From: Octopus sinensis
Taxonomy: Eukaryota
NCBI RefSeq assembly: GCF_006345805.1
Contig: NC_042998.1
Location: forward strand, 71,300,001 to 71,364,000
DNA: 64,000 bases
Direction: 5' to 3'
Below the pieces are notes generated by a model. It did not search any database and was not told where the DNA came from. It saw only the letters and a program-made list of their open reading frames with translations. Every line of letters starts with the position of its first letter. Position 1 is the first letter of the stretch. Below are positions 1-11,510 of this stretch, one piece after another. Both the position numbers and the translations under genes were made by a program.

Positions 1-6
1 TGGTAT

Positions 7-20
7 TAATAATAATAATG

Positions 21-81
<61 letters not shown>

Positions 82-97
82 TAATAATAATAATAAT
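7..97. repeat. (AAT)n microsatellite, probably the (ATT)n tail of the adjacent minus-strand SINE
   Basis: Run of aat units read directly from the sequence; abuts the SINE 3' end. Confidence 0.95.
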
Positions 98-445
98 AGT
101 TTCAAATTTTTTCACAAGGGCAGCAGTTTTTAAGGCAGGGCTTAATTAATTACTTTACATCGACCGTAGTACTTAACTGGTACTTTATTTTATTGAAAGG
201 TGAAATTATTCTCGGCGGAATTTAAACGCCGAATGTCTATGACGGGAAAAATGCCACAATGAATTTTGTCCGACGCACTAAAAATCCTGCCAACTCTGCC
301 TTAATAATTCTTACCACTATAGGTACAAAGACTGAAATTTTGAGCGGTGAGTTTTAGTGGAGTACATCGAGCGCCGTCCTTAACTGGGAGTTATTTTATT
401 GATCCAGAAATGTTGAAAAGTAAAGTGAACCTCGGTGAAAATTGA
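98..445 (-). mobile_element. Two degenerate tRNA-derived SINE copies (family A)
   Basis: Reverse complement resembles the family A body seen at 17321 and 21762 (e.g. ctcggcggaatttaaac ~ B box GAGTTCAAATTCCGCCGAG). Confidence 0.7.
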
Positions 446-890
446 GGAAGGAAAATCCTCCTAGTAACAGACCTGATATAGAGAACTATATATTAGCTAA
501 TGTTAGCAGAAACATGATTAATAATAAGCATCTGGTTGGCATGGATAGCCATCAGAGGCAAATATACGTTCTGCTAAAAACCCATTCGAATAGGAATGCA
601 AATTATGATGCAAAACTCCCTTCCAATATGGAAGTAGAACTTTGTAGGAGAAATCACCAAACCGAGATATTCGATAAAATTGTCCCTATAGATGAAATTG
701 ATTAATGAAAACATGGAAAAAGACACGGAATTTGATTATATCGAAAAAAAAATTCCGTCAGAGTGGGTGAAGGTTAAACATACCGGCTGAGATGTCGCAA
801 TAATTATTCTAAGATTTGCAACACAAATCCATATAGTAGAATAGTAGGTTGGTTATATATAGTTATAATATCCATCATTAAGGAGAAAAA

Positions 891-963
891 AATATCTCAC
901 TTTATAAATAATATCTCACTTTATAAATAATATCTCACTTTATAAATAATATCTCACTGTATA
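891..963. repeat. 19-bp tandem repeat, about 4 units (aatatctcactttataaat)
   Basis: Units start at 891, 910, 929 and 948. Confidence 0.9.
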
Positions 964-1129
964 ATCTACTGTAAGCTGCAGCTTCTTTGTTACCAATTCT
1001 CGTTTGCATGACTCTCATTCCCATAAATAAACTGTTAAATGACAAGGGGTTTGGATACAGGATACACGAGATATCGATTGATCATCTCCTTTGCTTTGAA
1101 GTTCAAAAGCTTTGTTTTTGAAAGGCGAT

Positions 1130-1310
1130 CAACAACTGAAACGGCGTTTAACTTTACTAAGACAATTTAGTAGGGATACTGAAATGGAGATCGGCCTTTG
1201 TAAATGTTCTAAAGTTACATTCTTTAAAGAAAAAACGGTTGAAAACCTACACGGTACAGCTTTACAAAATTACGGCAATCAAAAGATTTGATCCTGAGGA
1301 AAACTACAAA
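1130..1310 (+). mobile_element. Degraded R4/Dong-like reverse transcriptase fragment
   Basis: Translates to LLRQFSRDTEMEIGLCKCSKVTFFKEKTVE and, after a frameshift, a DPEENYK-like motif; resembles the RT region downstream of the MDD motif in R4-clade elements. Confidence 0.5.
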
Positions 1311-1439
1311 TGTAGTTTTCCTCCAGATTAAATTCTTGGGTGAGTGAGAAGGGATGGCATATATGACTCACATATGTACGAGAATATACGGAAATCATAC
1401 TATGAAAGACTAATCTATAAATCGACCTTAATGCAAGAA

Positions 1440-1746
1440 ACAGGATTGATATTGGTTGTGGTCTACAACTCTAACATAGTACAATGGTGAAATTGCTCCG
1501 CCAACTTCCCTTAACTGGTAAGGCAAGGCAGTTTTCATCATACTGTTGACCATGGTGAAAGAATGTGTGTGGTGGACTCGATCGAAAGGTTTAGAGACAA
1601 ACACTTTCCTATATGGCCAATCATTCATCAACTTTTTCAAGAACCACTTGAAAAGAAAGGTGAGAATAGAAAGGCAAGTTTTGTCTCATGAATGAGATGG
1701 TACGCACGCATGACGAAACCACTTTGAGCATGATCTTGTAAATCCA

Positions 1747-1789
<43 letters not shown>

Positions 1790-2035
1790 ATTTTGCTCTC
1801 ATGTGTATTTTCCCTCCCTACCTGAGGTTACTGTGGTTTTTTGTGGGCTTTTCTCTCCATGGATAAACCTAATCTGATTTTTTACATTTTTGTTCTGTTC
1901 TGTGATACGCAGTCCCTTTTGATCGGAATTTTTCTTCCCTTTTTTGTATTTCTTTCCTTTTTCTTTGGAAAAGAAAAGCTCTACATTGTATTTTGTCTCC
2001 TCTTTGTCCAGCTCTGTGTGGCTAATAAAGAAAGT
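1440..2035 (+). mobile_element. L1/Tx1-clade non-LTR retrotransposon, 3' fragment (ORF2 C-terminus plus 3' UTR)
   Basis: Homologous in opposite orientation to 14257-15158 (MVKECVWWTRSKGLETNTFLYGQSFINFFKNHLKRKVRIERQVLS). Ends in ctgtgtggctaataaagaaa followed by (ATCT)n. Confidence 0.8.
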
Positions 2036-2057
2036 TATCTATCTCTCTATCTCTCTA

Positions 2058-2100
<43 letters not shown>

Positions 2101-2157
2101 GTCTATCTATCTGTCTATCTATCTCTCTGTCTGTCAGTCTCTCTGTCTGTCAGTCTG

Positions 2158-2227
<70 letters not shown>

Positions 2228-2235
2228 ATCTATCT
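2036..2235. repeat. (TCTA)n/(TCTG)n microsatellite
   Basis: Read directly from the sequence. Confidence 0.95.
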
Positions 2236-4898
2236 CAATGGTTCACAAACATTTTTACTCATGGCGCACTTTAAAACAAGTCAAAATATTTTGACGAACT
2301 TTGTACATAAATTCTAAAATTTATTCAAAAATGAGTTTTATGCATACTAGCATAGCACAAAGTATAAAGTAATATATAGATAATTAAAAATACAGAAAAT
2401 TGCGTGTACTTAAACTTTATTCAATACAGGAATCAAAGTTATCAAGGAGAAACACCCAATTGATGTTTTTTGGAAACGCTTTCAATATTGGAACATATTT
2501 GAGAAAGACAAACTCTCATTTCTTCTTCGATGAAACGGAGCATTGTTTGTTTTTTTTTGCGGGGGGGGGGTTTATGTTGTTGAGTGTTGAAAATCCCAAC
2601 TCACATAAATACGATGTAGATAACTGCATCAAAGCAGATAAAGCATGTTTTGCTATTGAGGGGGTATTCTCTTATAATAGCAATCCAAAATATATCTATA
2701 AGTAACTAAGAATACTTGATTTTAAGTGTGCGATCACTGGGTATAGATGCAAATTCCTCTACTTCCCACATTTTCAATATTAGATGGAATTTTTATGAAG
2801 GGATTTCGAACCCAATCATACTCTTCTGTGTTCAATAACGGAAAATAAAAGTTTACTTTTCTTCCAGATTTGTCAAATGCTCAAATGCAATAGGATTCAC
2901 GTTTATGCAGCTTATAAGTTTAAAGGGAAACGTTTCGAAGTTACCACATTCAGCTCTATTTTTCCAAATTACAACTTTTTTTTAAAATGAAACTAGCTTA
3001 TCTGTCGAAGTAAGAATGTTTTCATCTCTACCTTGCATACTTGTATTGACACTATTATGTTAAATATTCCAGCTTGGAAACCAGAATTCACATTGTAGAT
3101 AATCCAAGAAGCGTTCATGTTTTTCTTTAAAAAATGCATGCAATTCCTTCTGGAGTTCATATATGCACCTTAGCTTTTGAGAGTCATCTGACTTTTGATC
3201 GCAAAAGTAAGCGTTTGTGCTGGGAATCCATATCAGCTCAAATTAGTTTAAATATGCGACACTTCAACAGCCTACTTTTAATATAATTAATCATTTCAAC
3301 AACTTGGTTTAATACTTGTTTTAACTCAATTGGTATTGATTCTTAAACTTCCATAGCACATTCCAATGCAGGAAGCAATGAGTACATATAACATTTGGAT
3401 TTTGCTGTTGTACGAGCGATGCAAAACCTCTAATAGAGCCTATCATAGATGGTGCCACGTCGGTACATATTCCAACACATTCCAGGATAAATTCTAATTT
3501 TTCGAGATAGGTAGATAAAATGTCAAAAATATATTGAACTCTTGTAATGGGTAGCATTTCTTCACAACAGAAGAACTGATTTACGATTTGGTTACCATCA
3601 ATAAAGCGAATAAATATAAGTAATTGTGCTAATATCAGTTGATTCGTCGACATGTAGAGTAAATTCTGAGTCCTTAAGTTTGTTTTGTACATTTTCCTCT
3701 ATATCAGCAGATAAACCCATAATTCTCCTATGGATTGTATTATTTGAGAGCGGAATCTTGCTTGTTTCTTGATCGGCTTCATCACCTAACATGGTTTTAA
3801 CCATCTTTCTACAAGCGGGTAAGCTAATCGACTCGGCTAACGTATGCGATTTTGTTTGTTGTGCTATCATTTCGGTAACTTGAGTCTTTTCAGAAACATT
3901 CATCTTATTCTCAAAATAGTTTCTTCGTTTAGGTTGCTGTTCAAGATCTTTACATTGAAGATCTGAATGTTTAGTTGTAAAATGTTTTTTCGACTTGCTG
4001 GGTAACATGCCATCATTAGACATCTTTTCACCACAAACAACATACAGAGGAAGAAGTTGATCCTCGTTGCCTGCCTAACGAAACCCAAACTTTAAATAGC
4101 TATTGTTATATTTACGATTGGTTCAAGCTTTCGCATTATTATCACTACGCTTATTTGCATTTGACGAACGTTCACTTTGAGATTCATAATCGTCATGGTT
4201 ATATTTCCCCTAAATAAACTTTTCCATTTTATGGGTAATTTTGTCTGTTAATATAAGTTGCCTGGCACAAAGAGCACAGATTATTACCAAAGTCAAACTG
4301 AGACTGGGAAAAGTGACCAGTGAGCAGTAAAAAGTGGCAGCCGGTCACATATTATAGGACTTTTTTGAGAAGTCTTTCAAAATTATTCGAAAAGATGATA
4401 ATTCTAGCCATTATATGAATGAAAAAATTGAAATACAGTCGCAATACGTGAGGACGTATTAAAAGATCTACTTCACCATCGTATATTTTAATTCAAATTT
4501 TATTTTTCACTCGTATTATTGAAATGAAAACTGCTGAAGCTACGACAGGAATAAACCGAAACATATTCTTGCATTGAATATGATCATAAGATGTAAATTT
4601 CGAGGATAGAATAATGATAATTTAGTTCTTATTCTTATGCAATTCCAGATTCAAAATTGAATGACACTGTCATACCATAATTAGCCGAAATGAATTGAAT
4701 GACACAACCACTTCTCATTCTTAGTTTAGAACTTAGTATTTAGTTTTTTGCTACTTAGACATTTATATATGAAATAGCTAGCAAATTTCGGTTTGTATTT
4801 TTCATATTTTGAAATATAATCTTACTATTTCGCGGTGCACATAATTATATCTTGCGAAGCACCACTGCACCGCGCACTGCACGTTTTGGGAACCACTG
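2236..4898 (-). mobile_element. Full-length defective hAT (Buster/Charlie; ZBED5/SCAND3-like) DNA transposon
   Basis: TIRs caatggttcacaaac (2236) and tttgggaaccactg (ends 4898); 8-bp TSD atctatct at 2228-2235 and 4899-4906. Transposase motifs PLSNNTIHRRI, LHVDESTDIS, CTDVAPSMIG and THCFLH in ORFs 3598-4023 and 3321-3692, broken by frameshifts and stops. Confidence 0.93.
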
Positions 4899-4929
4899 AT
4901 CTATCTTTCTGTTTGTCTATCAGTATAAT

Positions 4930-4978
4930 ATGTATGTATGTATGTATGCATGTATATATTTATGTATGTATCTATCTG

Positions 4979-5025
<47 letters not shown>

Positions 5026-5152
5026 ATGTATATGTATGTGTATGTGTGTGTGTGCGTATTCGTACACACTTGCTATGAAAGAAATCACTCATTCGAAGAT
5101 GATATATGTGTATAAAGTTTTGCGTGTATATATATATGTATATATATATATA

Positions 5153-5228
<76 letters not shown>

Positions 5229-5540
5229 GTGTACACATGCGTGTTTCAGAGGCTTTCATGAAATTAATTCATCTATTAGTGGAAGTAATCTTTATTTATG
5301 GTTTAATAATTTATGGTGTTCAGTTCTAAGGACAAATGACACATTTTAATAGCTACACTAGTACACACGCATACACAGCTATTTAGTAATGGAATGTATC
5401 AATAAATATATCTATATTATACACCTCCTCACACATAAGTATGTAGTATATATGTATATATAAATGTATATGTGCGTGTTTGTGTGTTAGATATTGTGCT
5501 CATGTACGTGCATGAATACGTATACTCGCAGAAAGCGTGT

Positions 5541-5582
<42 letters not shown>

Positions 5583-6270
5583 GCGAGCGTGTGTGTATGA
5601 ATCTCATAGTAGGAGACTAGAAAACGCACGTTTGTACTCAGCAAATTTTCCAAAAAATTCTCAACAGAAAGGTTCTGGGAATTACCGACAGTCGTGGTAA
5701 TAGTGGTAGGCAAAGGAAGAGAAGAAGGTAAGAGGGAAGGAGAGATTGACAGAAGAAAGGAACATAGAAGCGGGGAGAAAATACCTTAGGGAGGCGGAGA
5801 ACAAGAGGAAAAGAGAAATATACAACAAGAGTTCCCTCTTTCTCTCACACTATTAGTACCCTCTCTCTCACACTCTCTGTCTATCTATTTATTTCCTCTC
5901 AACGTTTCTTTTTCTATTCTTTACCTACTCTGTCTCATCTTTAACCCTACAAAGAATCTCAAGTTTTTCCTTTTCTGTCAAGTTATTTGCTTGGTGAGTG
6001 TAGCTATATTCTGTTCCTGGCCAAATGGCTAACAGCCGTTTGTGTGTTTACTTCTGCATAAACACACCTTTTTCTCTTTTCTGTTACATTCTTTGGGATT
6101 CTCTCACTGTCGGACAATCTCCATTCTCATGCATATTTTTGCTTTTTCCTTTATTTACATTTTTTTAGTTTACATAGTTCTTCGTATACCACTCTTTATA
6201 CATACATATATACATGCACATGTACACATACATGCATAGACACAACACACACACACACACACACACACAC

Positions 6271-6313
<43 letters not shown>

Positions 6314-6343
6314 CTATATGGTTTCCTATATGTAAGTGTATAT

Positions 6344-6378
<35 letters not shown>

Positions 6379-7191
6379 ATATAAATTCTGTAAGACTATT
6401 TTACTCTTTCTTTTATCCCCCATCACACTTTCTTGGTTCTTACCACTTCTCTTTTTGATGCTCCCCCTCTTTCACATTCCTTTGCCTTCCTTTCATTCTC
6501 ACTTTCCCATTCTCTTTTACCTCACTCTGTCCCTTTCCTTCTTTTTCTCTCTTTTGCGTCCCTCCCTAATTCTTCAATTCCCTTGCCCCCTACCACTCTT
6601 CTCTCCTTTCGCGTAACTGGTGTTCCGCGAAGCCTGACCTTTCTTTATTGGTTCGACTATCATCCATGCAGCATCTCTTATATTCCTTCCTATGACTTTC
6701 ATCTGTTACGTTCATCCTGTAAGGTTCCACAATCGCCAGTTTAATTTAATTCATTCTTAGTCGAAAGGCACCTATTGTTAATGTCCTGTTATTTGTATTT
6801 GTAATTTTGTGCCATTTCTCTTTTTCTACGTCCTTGTTTTCGTATACATTCCCTTCCCATTCTAGTGCTCTTAGCTTAGATTTTCTTGGGGCCCGCCAGA
6901 CTGGAGTAGCCAAAACTGCTGAAATAATTAGGAACTTGACTAAGGACAGGAAGCTTCGACTGACCCGTCCCTGGTTTTTCCTGTCCTTTTTTGTATTGTC
7001 TAACTTTTCGGATGTATTGTTGTCGCCTGTAATGTTCTTGTTCCAGTTTTTGTTTTCTTTATACTCACACACACACACACATATACATAGCACTTTATCT
7101 AAATTTATATCTTACTGGGATTGCTTTCTGCCTCGCAAACTCCTTCGTTCCTTTCCTACATATGTGTGTTTTGCAATGGTAATACTTTCTG

Positions 7192-7287
<96 letters not shown>

Positions 7288-7885
7288 TATACATATATAT
7301 ACATAAATGAAAATGCTTTGCCAAATAAGAATGCACTTTCTTATTGAAGCTCCCATGACGGTACGAGGTGATGTGCAAGCAATCAACTAACAGTGCGATG
7401 CATCTTACAACAGAAGCATTTGTAAGCTAATAAAGTTGACATCATTTCTTATTCCATTTTCATTCATTCTATTTCTTATTACTGCTCTGTACTCGACTGA
7501 CAGTTTTCTCGAAGCATATGAATAATGAGTTTTAACAAGCTATTAGTATCGCTATGAGTAAGTGAAATAATAATGATGATGACGATGATGATTATGATGA
7601 GGATGATATGTATATTTGTATATATACGTTCTTGCCTCTATCAGTAATAATTTCCCGTGCCGCTTGTAGTTTGTAGTCTTTATAGTTTCGTCTTAGTGGT
7701 ATCCACTATATCACTACCACAACCAGACGAGCAGCACCAAGGAAATTAAAGTCTTCGGACTCAAACGTGCTGACATATCGCCTGTTGTTTGAATTTTCTT
7801 GTCCTGTGTGTGGTATTTCCTTGTTCCTTTGTCCATCGTTCTTTTCCCATTAATCGTTTCCATGCTGCATTTTGAATTTTACACA

Positions 7886-7928
<43 letters not shown>

Positions 7929-7970
7929 CACACACACACACACATACACACACACACACACACACACATT
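4930..7970. repeat. Cluster of (TA)n, (TG/CA)n and (CT)n microsatellites and low-complexity sequence
   Basis: Arrays near 4930-5230, 5545-5600, 6240-6380, 7190-7305 and 7880-7968; these produce the YIYI/VCVC ORFs. Confidence 0.9.
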
Positions 7971-8619
7971 CGCGCTGCAATGTACGCTTTTTTATGTTCT
8001 AAATAAACGCGTAACGCTTGGTTCCCAAGGGATATAGGATTTAAATACTCTGCGTGTACTTTCTCTGCGAAGTACAATATTCTAGTTGTAGCGTCATTCT
8101 GTGTCTAAAAGGAATTTCATCAGCTCAAACATATGTGTATCTATTATTCTTGAGTAGCTAGATATTTCAGTGAAAGAAGTGCACATCCATTTCCTGCATC
8201 TTACATTTCAAGAAACTACATCAGAGTATGTGAGCAATCATCATTAAAACGATAAATTCCGTATGTTCCCAGTGGCAACATTATTATAACAGTCTCATTC
8301 TGCTATTTCAAGTTATTATCAAATACACATGAAATAAAAAGAAAGAATAATATTCGCTGGAATTGTCTAGTAACAGCTCTGAAACAGCTATTGTGTAGTA
8401 CTTAAAACTATTTTCTTTTCGTAATTGAAGAGGCAAATATCCTACTAGATTTTCTACAGGAATAACAGATTGATAAGGAAGAGCTTCATGGAAATATGTT
8501 CTGTTCCCAAATTCATAAATACTGCATGTCTGCGTAAGTGTTCGGGCCGTGGTTCATTGATATTTATATTTAAGAACTACAGTTTTGTTTACTATGCCTA
8601 CTAATACCTACTTTTACGA

Positions 8620-9230
8620 AAGGCGACGTGCTGGCAGAAGCGTTAGCACGCCTGGCAAGCTGCTGAGTAGAATTTCGTCTGTCTCTACGTTCTGAGTTCA
8701 AATTCCGTCGAGGTTGACTTTCATCTTAAAGGCTTCGATGAAATAAGTACAAGTTGAACATTGGGATCTTTGGAATCAACTTATGCCTTCCCCGAAAGTG
8801 TTGGTTTTGTACCAAAATTGGAAATCAATATATAAGAACTAGAAGGCAGCGAGCTGGCAAAATCGTTCGTATACTGGGAAAATGCGTAGCAGCATTTCGT
8901 TCGTCTTTATGTTGTGAGTTCAAATTCCGCCTGCATCAACTTTATCTTTCATGCTTTTGGAGTCGATAAAATATGTACCAGTCGATCTCTGGGGTCGATG
9001 CAATTGATTTCAACCTCCCGCCACTGTTGCTAGGCTTGTGCCGCAATGTGAGACTTAGGTGTAGAGCGTGGCAGAATGGTTACCACATCAGGCAAAATGC
9101 TTGGTAGTATTTCGTGTGTCTCTACGTTTTGAGTTCAAATTCTGCCGTGGTCGACTTTGTCATTCATTCTCTCGGAGTCGATAAAATAAGTACCAGTTGT
9201 ACATTGGGGCCGATGTAATCCACTACCAGT
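8620..9230 (+). mobile_element. Three head-to-tail tRNA-derived SINEs (family A)
   Basis: Heads at about 8620, 8843 and 9060, each with an A-box-like tggcagaa and B box gagttcaaattc, followed by the gtaccagtt...ggggtcgat body. Confidence 0.85.
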
Positions 9231-10149
9231 CGTAACTAGAAGCAAAGCAGATGTATACTTAATATACGCAAATAAATTTCGGAATTGTGTTGAAAAATTA
9301 TTTTAATTTTGTAGTTATGCAGGCCTGTATAGGAAATATTTTTCCTCGGGTGATATTTGTATCATTGTTCACATCCAATGATGTACTTCTGTGACAAGTT
9401 ATCATATAATTGATATTTAAATCACTATCAGGTATTCTAGAAGATATTATTACACTCTATTTATACTAGTGCAGAAAACAATGATTTGTTCAATACCAAG
9501 CATTTCTAGTTCACTCTGATTTTACCGCGATTTTAAGTGGAAGTCTATGTCGTTGTTATCTGAGTATGCTCCACTTTCAGAGCGACTTAACATGAAATAA
9601 CTCCTTCTGATATTGCAGTTAAATGTTTATCCTAACTAGCTAATTTTTTTGTTAGACATATATCAATGTATTTTGCATTGATGCTATCTATATGTAGTAT
9701 AAAGCAATAACTAACTTACTCGCTGCTTTTGTTATGATGATGGCCGTGTATGATATCGTTTGTGTATTGTTATTTGAATGAAAATATAGTACAAATATAA
9801 TTTACACATATAAATCACAAAGATTAAAAGCACAGATAAAGATTCATTTCCAGGCTTTTTTGCCAAATAGTTTTTGGATTTTCTTTACATTTATTCAATA
9901 GAGTGAAATGATCATTTTGCAACAGATGGGTTAGCGTGAATTATATCACAGCAGCAATATAACGAAATCAATAGATAAGTGATATACATTTCTATTCACA
10001 TGTTATACAGTGGATCTCTTTCATCTTATTTCAAATAGAAATATATCGAAGGTAAACAAGAGTTTGGCACAAACTCAAAGGCATACATCAATATACACAG
10101 AAATCTTTCTCACTTTCTCTGACAGTCCTGTCAATCTCTCTCCCTCTCT

Positions 10150-10270
<121 letters not shown>

Positions 10271-10669
10271 ACATATATAGACCATCAGGTTTATTATATA
10301 AGATCCCAAAGCTGAAAACCTCTTAAAATTCACACGTTCACACACCCAGACCTTAATATTGTAAAGCATAAATATATATATATATATGATAACGAAGGTC
10401 GCTATACGCAATATGAAACCAAAGTGGACAAATTCAATTATCACTGATTGTGACTGACATTACAGGGTAGCACCCATATTGCTAGAAATAAGAGTTAAAA
10501 GCTCCTATAGCCGCAGGAAGCACGTCTCTATTGACTGACAGGGGCGAAGACCGCCCTACAGCGAGTGAGATCACATACTAGTCTAGTTTCGCTTAGAATT
10601 AAAGCTCATGAAGTGTGACTACTCCATCGCTGGATTGTTTGGCTACATCTCAGCTTTAAGTATATAATC

Positions 10670-10838
10670 TTTTCTACTGAAGGCACAAGGCCGGCCCGAA
10701 ATTTTTGGAGAGGGAGTCAATGGATTAGATCGGCTCAAGTACGAACTGGCACTTAATTTACCGACTCCGAAATGATGAAAGGCAAAGTCGACCTCGGTGG
10801 AATTTGAACTCAGAATGGAAAGACAGACGAAATCCCGC
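10670..10838 (-). mobile_element. SINE family A copy
   Basis: gaaaggcaaagtcgacctcggtggaatttgaactcagaa is the reverse complement of the family A core. Confidence 0.85.
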
Positions 10839-11510
10839 TAACGATTGTGTGACCGTTTCAAAGATAGTCAATAAACACAATGCTTTTTGCATCCCCAAAA
10901 CTAAGGCCATCACCTTCCCTGAAGGTGAAATGACGTTGGTATTCTTGGGAGCAGGTGACAATAGATGGTTCCATTGCATGAATTGTCTATTTGCCTCTCA
11001 CTAAAAGAGTTGACACCCAACACTCAGCCTGGCTCAGGAAACATTCAAATAAACCAGCTGGATCTGCCTTGAACTATGTTAGGTATTGCTGTGATGTGAT
11101 CAGTCTGGTGCACGTCTTATCATATGCCAGATGAAATCGAACCTAGCGGGCAAAGACCTTCGTGATTCCAAGTACACTGTGAAGAATATTTTCAACTTTC
11201 TCACGGGATATGCTAATCGCATAAGTTATCTGATTCGTAGAAAATCGCCTCTCATCCATCACCATGACGTGAGTACGGTCAATGTTTTCCTCGGTGATGG
11301 CAGTCGCAGGACGAACAGACCCTCGGCAATCCCTAAGACTCTCCCTTCAACTCCTAAATTCATCTGACTACTCCTGCCCTGCTGACAAAGCTGGAGTATC
11401 ATCTGATGTAGCAACTATGTGAGCATGAATGTTCTTGAAGATGAAACCCCTTTTCTGTAGATACTCGAACACCCGACTATGACAAATTTTATTGATTTTT
11501 GAGAGACGTC
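10838..11510 (-). mobile_element. Degraded mariner transposase (irritans/Himar-like), N-terminal two-thirds
   Basis: Minus-strand translation includes RPATAITEENID, ILHSVLGITKVFAR, QFMQWNHLLSPAPK and SGKVMALVxxDAKSIVFIDYL, with stops and frameshifts. Confidence 0.8.

Noticed and set aside
442-705. 87-aa ORF MRKENPPS...
   Set aside because: Starts at TTG inside a SINE edge and has no recognisable motif; may be decayed retroelement sequence but cannot be assigned.
1841-2317. 158-aa and overlapping ORFs with LSIY/LSVC repeats, and all similar YIYI, VCVC and HTHT ORFs across the window
   Set aside because: Translations of (TCTA)n, (TA)n and (CA)n arrays, which lack stop codons in some frames.
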